From sequence record OR525701.1: 64,000 bases of DNA; one strand, 5' to 3'. Below are positions 57,977 to 64,000 of the stretch, piece after piece (position 1 is the first letter of the stretch; each line of letters starts with the position of its first letter). The stretch comes from Escherichia phage vB-Eco-KMB38. Both the position numbers and the translations under genes were made by a program. Under the pieces are notes generated by a model that was not told where the DNA came from, did not search any database, and saw only the letters and a program-made list of their open reading frames with translations.

Positions 57977-58534
57977 TTAGTTTTTGTAATATCGTAAAGG
58001 GTTGATATGGAATGAAAGCATTGCGCGTGGAATAGGACGACTCAAAAGACTCTTAAGTTTCCAACCACAGTAAACACGCAGATAAAATGTAATACCACCA
58101 ACCTTAAGATAAGGTATAGCAGCGAATAATCCCCATGCAGACTCGTTCCAAACTAAAAGATATCCATGATGTGCCGGATCAGGAGATCCAGATTTAGTTT
58201 CAGCGTTGCCTTTATAGTGCCATTCTGATGAAGCTTCGCGACCTAAAACATGATACGAAAAATTATATGCTTTGTTGCGCCATAACCAAGCTACGCGTTG
58301 AGCATATTTACCTATAACAGGAATTTTACGTATTTTAGACCAACGTTCAACATGACCACGGTCACCATCGATAGGATTATCGTAAGTCATCATCCAGTCA
58401 AAGCCATAAGGTAGTTTACCTGTTTTTTCACTATGGAATGGAACTACAAATGGTGCTAGAATAATTGCTAAAATCGCTGCGATCCAATCTATAGGAACAA
58501 GAACAACCCAACTTATGTATTTTAAAAATTTCAT
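57977..58534 (-). CDS. membrane-anchored hypothetical protein
   Basis: 185 aa; N-terminal TM helix; flanked by identical terminator repeats. Confidence 0.6.
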   Translation of the reverse strand: MKFLKYISWVVLVPIDWIAAILAIILAPFVVPFHSEKTGKLPYGFDWMMTYDNPIDGDRGHVERWSKIRKIPVIGKYAQRVAWLWRNKAYNFSYHVLGREASSEWHYKGNAETKSGSPDPAHHGYLLVWNESAWGLFAAIPYLKVGGITFYLRVYCGWKLKSLLSRPIPRAMLSFHINPLRYYKN

Positions 58535-58566
58535 ATATCCTCTCTTAGTTTACAAGGATATTTATA

Positions 58567-58598
58567 CAAAAAGCCCCAACCTTTCGGAAGGGGCTTTG
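58567..58598 (-). terminator. terminator hairpin, copy 2 of 36-bp direct repeat, overlapping rI stop
   Basis: identical to 57944-57979 core (AAAAAGCCCCAACCTTTCGGAAGGGGCTTTGATTAG). Confidence 0.6.
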
Positions 58599-58599
58599 A

Positions 58600-58902
58600 T
58601 TAGATAGATGTAGGCTCTAATTTTATTTTCATGAACTCGGCAAATTGTCTGGCAGTTTTTATGCCTTGTTCCTGGCATTCAAATGCATCATCACAGGGGC
58701 TATTTTTGTAATGCTTTGCCATATACTTATAGAATTTTTCAGAATTCTCGACATTTTGAATTTCGAACAAAGTATATACGTTTTTAATCCCTGATTCCAT
58801 AAAGTTATCAAAGTACGGGTCAACATATGCAGTGCCAACAATAGGAGTCGTTGCTGCAAAAAACCCCAGCATCGCCACAATGGCTATCGCTCTTAAGGCC
58901 AT
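58600..58902 (-). CDS. rI: lysis inhibition regulator RI (periplasmic antiholin)
   Basis: 100 aa; signal-anchor N-terminus; VDPYFDNFMESGI...CDDAFEC parallels T4 RI as I recall it; adjacent to tk. Confidence 0.75.
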   Translation of the reverse strand: MALRAIAIVAMLGFFAATTPIVGTAYVDPYFDNFMESGIKNVYTLFEIQNVENSEKFYKYMAKHYKNSPCDDAFECQEQGIKTARQFAEFMKIKLEPTSI

Positions 58903-58914
58903 ATAGGCCTCCTG

Positions 58915-59127
58915 TTAATTTTGGCCAGTATTTATTTTTCGCCTTTGGACGGCCTTAACATCTGCGAGGTATTTTTCCAGCTTGCGCTTGCGTGTATAAT
59001 CAGCTTTAGAACCAGTTTGACGGATATCCTCGTTTAAATGAGAAATAGAATGTCCTAATTCTCTTCGGATTTCATCCAATTGGGTTACAGTAAGATTACG
59101 AAGTTGTCTTTCGTTTAATTGCTGCAT
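58915..59127 (-). CDS. small hypothetical protein (rI.1 position)
   Basis: 70 aa ORF. Confidence 0.5.
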   Translation of the reverse strand: MQQLNERQLRNLTVTQLDEIRRELGHSISHLNEDIRQTGSKADYTRKRKLEKYLADVKAVQRRKINTGQN

Positions 59128-59151
59128 ATATACCTCTTGGTTAGATATTAG

Positions 59152-59159
59152 TATTTATA
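59152..59159 (-). promoter_or_regulatory. T4 late promoter TATAAATA
   Basis: exact TATAAATA on minus strand about 25 nt upstream of 58915..59127 start. Confidence 0.5.
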
Positions 59160-59736
59160 ACAACCCTGTCAAATCATTCCAATGCTTCCGGCATAATGAC
59201 ACATATCTATCAGTATCACCAATTTCAATTTGACTGCCATCTGTAATTGGAAGTCCGTCTTCCGTGACTCTAGCTACCATTGTGGCCTTTTTACCGCAAT
59301 GACAGACACCTTTAAGTTCAACAAGCTTATCGGCGATAGCCATTAATGCTTGAGAACCTTCAAATAGATTACCTTTAAAATCTGTTCGTAGTCCATATGC
59401 CATTACCGGCACATTGTATACGTCAACAATACGACTAAGTTGATACACCTTTTCAGTAGTTAAGAACTGAGCTTCGTCAACAAATACACAGTGAATATCC
59501 TTTTGTGCTGCAGCCCATTTATAAAATTCAAAGATATCCATGTCTTTTGTAATTATATTGGCATCCTGACGAATACCAATGCGAGAGACTATTTCACCTT
59601 TTGAATCACGAGTATCAATAGCCGGTTTAAGAACTAATACACCCATGCCACGTTCTTTATAGTTATGTGCGGCAGTAAGTAATGAAGCAGACTTACCTGC
59701 GTTCATTGCTGCATATGTAAAAATTAAACTAGCCAT
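59155..59736 (-). CDS. tk: thymidine kinase
   Basis: 193 aa; P-loop MNAGKS, Zn site CHCGKKAT...CRKH; same length as T4 Tk. Confidence 0.9.
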   Translation of the reverse strand: MASLIFTYAAMNAGKSASLLTAAHNYKERGMGVLVLKPAIDTRDSKGEIVSRIGIRQDANIITKDMDIFEFYKWAAAQKDIHCVFVDEAQFLTTEKVYQLSRIVDVYNVPVMAYGLRTDFKGNLFEGSQALMAIADKLVELKGVCHCGKKATMVARVTEDGLPITDGSQIEIGDTDRYVSLCRKHWNDLTGLL

Positions 59737-59745
59737 AAGAGTCCC

Positions 59746-59928
59746 TTATAGTGAATTCACATAGTCAATGAGTTCTTGTTCTTTCCTGTCAAATGATTCC
59801 ATCAATGCTTGATATTCTTCGTCTGTCAAAGGAGCGTATTCATCATACGCACTGGTGGCTGCTTGTTCATCCAATAGGTCATGGATAAGTTCGAACAGTT
59901 TAGTTTTCTCTTCTTTAGTCAATTTCAT
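59746..59928 (-). CDS. small acidic hypothetical protein
   Basis: 60 aa ORF. Confidence 0.45.
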   Translation of the reverse strand: MKLTKEEKTKLFELIHDLLDEQAATSAYDEYAPLTDEEYQALMESFDRKEQELIDYVNSL

Positions 59929-60152
59929 TTAGGTTCACCTTCTTTAACGAAATCCGGGTAAGGGTAAAATCCTGAGTAAAACCCTTCACCTTTATGATTG
60001 CTACAACCTTTGTTCGAACAGTAACACCAATAATCAAAATCACAAGCCATTTCGTCATTGCATAAAGCAAAAACTACAGGCCATTCGCATTTTTCGCATT
60101 TAGCACCTGTAAGAATTTTTGTTTGACTCATAGCCATGTCACCTTTAAGCAA
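59925..60152 (-). CDS. small Cys-rich hypothetical protein
   Basis: 75 aa; 8 Cys. Confidence 0.5.
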   Translation of the reverse strand: MLKGDMAMSQTKILTGAKCEKCEWPVVFALCNDEMACDFDYWCYCSNKGCSNHKGEGFYSGFYPYPDFVKEGEPK

Positions 60153-60355
60153 TATTCTTCTACATGTTGTTTACGGCCTTTCTTATCAATAAAGGTATAT
60201 TCAACGAATGTTCCGATGTAGTCTTTATCTACATCATGTGGACTATTAATTGGACATTTAGTACGACAAATGCGTTCCCATTGACGAATAATTACTGTCT
60301 TATTCTTTGGGTCATATGGATGTGGATAGTGTATATTCATAACAATGGTTCCCAA
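60128..60355 (-). CDS. small hypothetical protein
   Basis: 75 aa ORF. Confidence 0.5.
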   Translation of the reverse strand: MGTIVMNIHYPHPYDPKNKTVIIRQWERICRTKCPINSPHDVDKDYIGTFVEYTFIDKKGRKQHVEEYCLKVTWL

Positions 60356-60834
60356 TCAACAATCACAATTTCTAGTTTAGTGGAATATGTATCTAAAATC
60401 TCTTCGATGACATCCCAGTTTCCACCACCGATACCTGCACCAATTCTTGGCATATAAATTACAGGCTTTGTTATCTTATTCTTTCCGAATTCATTTAATT
60501 CTATTATACAATTCATTAAAGCAGAGTACTCAAAATTAGGTCCCGGCTCAAACTGTGTATAAAGATTAAAGCAATAAGCTTTATGGGTCTTAAAATATTT
60601 TTCATAAACTGAATAAGTCCCGAGTTTAGACTCATCTCCATATACAGTTTGAAGTTTATCGGCTTCCAGAATTTTTGGATAAGCCTTTGCTAATTGTCCT
60701 GCTACACCGGCGCCCATTGTATGAAAACAATTACACCCATGAGCAATATTATTACCTTTAGAAAACAGGGCGACAATATCGCCCTTGATATAGTTTTTAA
60801 TCACTTGCTGCAAGTCCTCTAGTATAAGAGTCAA
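60337..60834 (-). CDS. macro-domain protein (ADP-ribose binding/processing)
   Basis: 165 aa; NIAHGCNCFHTMGAGVAGQLAK and GAGIGGG segments typical of macrodomains. Confidence 0.6.
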   Translation of the reverse strand: MTLILEDLQQVIKNYIKGDIVALFSKGNNIAHGCNCFHTMGAGVAGQLAKAYPKILEADKLQTVYGDESKLGTYSVYEKYFKTHKAYCFNLYTQFEPGPNFEYSALMNCIIELNEFGKNKITKPVIYMPRIGAGIGGGNWDVIEEILDTYSTKLEIVIVDWEPLL

Positions 60835-61144
60835 CTAGGCGGTCTACCATAGAATTGCATGCTGCCTTATCTTTAGGTTCCGCCACCGAGCATTCTAATA
60901 TTTGCCATTTTTTATGATATCGTTTAATTAAGGTAGACGCCTTGAACCTACTAGACGCCCCATCTTTTTCTCCGTCTTTATACGCATATAACAATTTTTG
61001 TGAAAAATCTACTTTACACTCTTGACTTTTACCACAATAATCAGACGCCGTTCTGTTTGTATACTCCGTTACATCAGTATATGTAGTATTAGCAAGAGCG
61101 TTAAATGAAACCAAGCCAACTATTAAAGCCAACATTTTGGTCAT
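60797..61144 (-). CDS. secreted/periplasmic hypothetical protein
   Basis: 115 aa; N-terminal signal peptide; Cys pairs. Confidence 0.55.
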   Translation of the reverse strand: MTKMLALIVGLVSFNALANTTYTDVTEYTNRTASDYCGKSQECKVDFSQKLLYAYKDGEKDGASSRFKASTLIKRYHKKWQILECSVAEPKDKAACNSMVDRLVDSYTRGLAASD

Positions 61145-61683
61145 TCTTTTATTTCCAGTAGTTTATTTGATTTAAGGTAATTAGCCTTTTCTAGGACTTC
61201 AGAAGCATATTTACTTCCAGCACTTGTCTTCCATCCCGCATTGTATGAGGATATAGCTTTTCTTATATCCCCGTTATGTATATTTAACCAATAAGAAAAT
61301 TCGATATAAGCCCATCTGGTTGAATTAGACCGCTTAGATAGCATTTTCTTAATTTGGGCATCAGTCATATTATAACCAAGCTGGTTAATTCTTGCCCTCA
61401 TTGTTGGTAGATAGTTTTGGAACATTCCATACGCATGGTGACCTTTCTTATCTTTAAGATTAATACCAGCAGATGATTCCTGCCATAGTATTGCGGCCAT
61501 TATGTATCCAAGTCCTTTCTTATGCATATTTTCATGCGTTTTAAATTTTCCATCCTTAGAAAACTGCTCCCCAAACTGATAAGCATAATTCAAGTTATCG
61601 AGTTGGACATTACTAAAAGTATGCTCGGAGCTATGTGCTGATAATGAAAGAGCAAATAGACCAGCGAGTAGTGCTTTTCTCAT
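61141..61683 (-). CDS. periplasmic lytic-transglycosylase-like (SLT domain) protein
   Basis: 180 aa; signal peptide; AILWQESS, YGMFQ, AYNAG motifs. Confidence 0.6.
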   Translation of the reverse strand: MRKALLAGLFALSLSAHSSEHTFSNVQLDNLNYAYQFGEQFSKDGKFKTHENMHKKGLGYIMAAILWQESSAGINLKDKKGHHAYGMFQNYLPTMRARINQLGYNMTDAQIKKMLSKRSNSTRWAYIEFSYWLNIHNGDIRKAISSYNAGWKTSAGSKYASEVLEKANYLKSNKLLEIKE

Positions 61684-61691
61684 GTTTACCT

Positions 61692-62150
61692 CTAGATTTT
61701 AATCACTGCTTTAGAAGCTTTTCCTGGTAGTCGTTTACTGTTAATAATAGCCATTCTGCATTGAAGAGTCTTCATTTTGAACGCTGGATTTTCGCGACAA
61801 ACTGTAAGTCCTAACCAAAGATTTCCATCAGTTATTTCTAAACGGCCCGGGCGATATTCGACACCTTCGACAAAATCTTCATCAACATCTGGACGTGCCG
61901 GCATTGATAAAAATTCTGCAACTTCTTTAACATGATTTTTTACTTTACGAAATAATTCAAAAACGTAATTCTCATCTATTTCTCTCTGGATGGCACGATC
62001 TAAGAGATGTTGAGAATACTTGATATGAAAGCCGGGTAGCCCAAGAGACTTTGCAGCATCTTTTATACCGGCATTTATTTTGCGGAACTCCGTTTCAAAG
62101 ATTCGACGGAGTTTATTACGGCGGATAAAAACGTCTGAATTGATAGTCAT
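61692..62150 (-). CDS. regB: RegB site-specific endoribonuclease
   Basis: ORF-track 61692..62174; start re-set to MTINSDVFIRRNKLRR; closely parallels T4 RegB. Confidence 0.8.
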   Translation of the reverse strand: MTINSDVFIRRNKLRRIFETEFRKINAGIKDAAKSLGLPGFHIKYSQHLLDRAIQREIDENYVFELFRKVKNHVKEVAEFLSMPARPDVDEDFVEGVEYRPGRLEITDGNLWLGLTVCRENPAFKMKTLQCRMAIINSKRLPGKASKAVIKI

Positions 62151-62178
62151 TTTGATTTCTCCTCTAGTTGACATGTCT

Positions 62179-62207
62179 ATAGTAACACAACTAGAGGAGA
62201 AGTAAAC
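62179..62207 (-). promoter_or_regulatory. T4-type early promoter (-35 GTTTAC, 17 bp, -10 TACTAT)
   Basis: hexamers upstream of regB. Confidence 0.5.
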
Positions 62208-62211
62208 TACT

Positions 62212-62427
62212 TTATTGATAAAATGGAGTTAAAGCCCAAGATTCTTTAGATACCATATTGGCGAAATGCCTCATCTCTTCGATTTGGCGACGACGTTGGT
62301 CAGCATAGTCTTCTTCGCCTTCTTCCTTACAATCTTCAAGGTCTTCTTCAAGATACTTTAAGTATTCACTACAAATTTTGTTGACTTTTTCTTGAAAGTC
62401 CAATAACCCGGTAATAGTAGAAGCCAT
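62212..62427 (-). CDS. small hypothetical protein
   Basis: 71 aa ORF. Confidence 0.5.
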   Translation of the reverse strand: MASTITGLLDFQEKVNKICSEYLKYLEEDLEDCKEEGEEDYADQRRRQIEEMRHFANMVSKESWALTPFYQ

Positions 62428-62861
62428 TAGTATTTTTCCTCAGGTCGAAATACTGCACGGCATGCCCACATACTAGCTTCTTTTAGATGTTGCTTAGCAT
62501 ACTTAAGAGCCTGCACTGCATCCATATCTTCTTTGGTTTGTTGCTCTGTTTCGTTTTCTTTCAAGATATATGCTTCTTCAATCAGAGCATCAAACATCAA
62601 TCCAAGACGGACTTCAGCATCTTTGATAGCGTTCACTTTATTGATTTTATCGTCGGTATGCGGCTTGTAGCCTTTGATGTCTTCAATCGACATAAGGAAT
62701 TTCCTCATCGGTGGCAAGGTCATATTCGACCAATTGGATAGGCTCGTTAATACCATATCCACGTACAGTGATATCAGTTGTCGGATAGTTTCCAGTAATA
62801 TCACCCATTCTAAATGCTTCAATGAATGATTGCTCGCCTGAGCAACTAAACCAGGCGGCAA
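62427..62861 (-). CDS. hypothetical protein
   Basis: 144 aa ORF (start uncertain). Confidence 0.45.
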   Translation of the reverse strand: MPPGLVAQASNHSLKHLEWVILLETIRQLISLYVDMVLTSLSNWSNMTLPPMRKFLMSIEDIKGYKPHTDDKINKVNAIKDAEVRLGLMFDALIEEAYILKENETEQQTKEDMDAVQALKYAKQHLKEASMWACRAVFRPEEKY

Positions 62862-62907
62862 AACATTTTAAAACATCTTCAGACCCTTCTATAATCAATT
62901 TAGCCAT
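62683..62907 (-). CDS. small hypothetical protein
   Basis: 74 aa ORF; overlaps previous in another frame, only one may be real over the shared part. Confidence 0.4.
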   Translation of the reverse strand: MAKLIIEGSEDVLKCFAAWFSCSGEQSFIEAFRMGDITGNYPTTDITVRGYGINEPIQLVEYDLATDEEIPYVD

Positions 62908-63269
62908 TATAGACTCTCGGTAAAGGTACGAGCGATAACGTCGCGCTGCTGTTCCGGAGTCAGAGAGTTAAAGCGAACTGCATAACCGGATACACGGATG
63001 GTCAGCTGCGGATATTTTTCTGGATGCTTAACTGCATCTTCCAGAGTTTCACGACGCAGAACGTTAACGTTCAGGTGTTGACCACCTTCAATTTTAACTT
63101 TAGGTTGATGTTCAATTTCAATTTCACGAGCATTCAAACCGTAGAAAATTTCCGGGTCTACAATAGCGTCTTCTTTAAAAGTCTTAGAGACAATAATCCG
63201 GGCTTGAGTACCGTCTTCAAAATAAATAGTGCCTTTATGTTCACCTTCAAGAATTTGATATGCTTTCAT
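62907..63269 (-). CDS. autonomous glycyl radical cofactor (GrcA/YfiD-like)
   Basis: 120 aa; C-terminal [60 protein letters not shown] matches E. coli GrcA C-terminus as I recall it. Confidence 0.8.
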   Translation of the reverse strand: MKAYQILEGEHKGTIYFEDGTQARIIVSKTFKEDAIVDPEIFYGLNAREIEIEHQPKVKIEGGQHLNVNVLRRETLEDAVKHPEKYPQLTIRVSGYAVRFNSLTPEQQRDVIARTFTESL

Positions 63270-63275
63270 ATAACC

Positions 63276-63584
63276 TCAATTAGAAAATAAATTTATCCAA
63301 GATTTTTCTTTAATCAAAAATGGGTCGGAATTAAACGCCATTAAACTTTGAGTGATTAATCCCTTAAATGGCCCATCAATAAATTCCATTTTGAAATGCG
63401 GAATACTAGTCATCAACCGTGCATTAGGAGCAGTACAAAGAACCTGCTGCCCTGCGAACGGACCTTTAGTCAAACGATATCGTTTAGGTTTAAAATGGTA
63501 AATCTCATAATTTTCTACAAGGGCCCTTTTATTGCATACTGGGCTATTATAACAATACTCAAAAACTTCAATAGTGGTCATCAT
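63276..63584 (-). CDS. hypothetical protein
   Basis: 102 aa ORF; ATGA overlap with upstream gene. Confidence 0.55.
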   Translation of the reverse strand: MMTTIEVFEYCYNSPVCNKRALVENYEIYHFKPKRYRLTKGPFAGQQVLCTAPNARLMTSIPHFKMEFIDGPFKGLITQSLMAFNSDPFLIKEKSWINLFSN

Positions 63585-64000
63585 TGCATTCCAATCACAA
63601 AAAATTGAGGACGAGCATTACCGCCGATGCAATATTTGCTTTTGCAACAGTGTTGGACTGTTTTAATATGGATGTCGTAAATCTTATCCATATCAGGAGC
63701 TTTAATAGGCTCGTCAATTATATACAGAATACGAGAAAGCGTTAATCCACGGAATTTATGTCCTTCATTACCAATAAAACTACGGACAGAATCAGTAAAT
63801 AAACGGAATCGAATATCGTCGCTAGAATAACGAGAAAATTCTTTTTTAATGTTGCCAACAGAAATTTTAGCATAAGCTGAAGTATTAGAAAGAACAATAA
63901 CTGTTCCACCATCATATAGCCAATTAACAGCAAAATTAGTTACTGCGGTCGATTTACCTGATTGTCTGCCGCCGTCTAAACGAAGTGTACAGTACTGCTT
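63581..64000 (-). CDS. P-loop NTPase, partial (N-terminus lies beyond window end)
   Basis: open frame from window edge; Walker A LDGGRQSGKST; stop overlaps next start. Confidence 0.5.
   Translation of the reverse strand, partial: KQYCTLRLDGGRQSGKSTAVTNFAVNWLYDGGTVIVLSNTSAYAKISVGNIKKEFSRYSSDDIRFRLFTDSVRSFIGNEGHKFRGLTLSRILYIIDEPIKAPDMDKIYDIHIKTVQHCCKSKYCIGGNARPQFFVIGMQ

Noticed and set aside
57943-58598. 36-bp direct repeats as terminal repeats of an insertion sequence
   Set aside because: They are direct not inverted, contain terminator hairpins and stop codons, and no transposase-like ORF is enclosed.
1-64000. tRNA, rRNA or other structured RNA genes
   Set aside because: No cloverleaf-like conserved tRNA features noticed by eye; in T4 the tRNA cluster lies outside the region corresponding to this window. 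Not excluded without a tRNAscan-type search.

Overview
This window is the early/middle-gene region of a T4-like (Tevenvirinae) phage genome, with almost every gene on the minus strand and in T4 order. Recognisable genes run rIIA, a single-chain topoisomerase II large subunit (gp39, no separate gene 60), goF, dexA, dda, srd-like, modA/modB, soc, 56, 61, sp, dmd, 41, uvsX, 42 (dCMP hydroxymethylase), 43, regA, 62/44/45, rpbA-like, 46/47, 55, nrdG/nrdD, 49, nrdC, rI, tk, regB and a GrcA-like glycyl-radical protein. The gp43 sequence matches my recollection of the RB69 DNA polymerase, suggesting an RB69-like phage, but this is from memory and not searched. The most notable feature is that both T4 glucosyltransferase positions (beta-gt between uvsX and 42, alpha-gt between 47 and 55) lack recognisable glucosyltransferases. 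Instead, a four-gene island between genes 42 and 43 encodes an arabinose-5-phosphate isomerase-like SIS protein, a HAD-like phosphatase, a fused nucleotidyltransferase/kinase and a Cys-rich enzyme, with further novel ORFs between uvsX and 42 and between rIIA and gene 39. I infer a phage-encoded activated-pentose (arabinose) pathway for hypermodifying hydroxymethylcytosine DNA. Other points: a three-member paralog family with one copy interrupted by an in-frame TAG, many T4-type early promoters with a conserved extended motif, UUCG-tetraloop terminators overlapping stop codons, a macro-domain protein and a Pol-beta-type nucleotidyltransferase. No tRNA, rRNA, CRISPR or mobile element was seen. 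ORF-track starts often use alternative start codons; several starts were re-set to the downstream ATG with a Shine-Dalgarno sequence.
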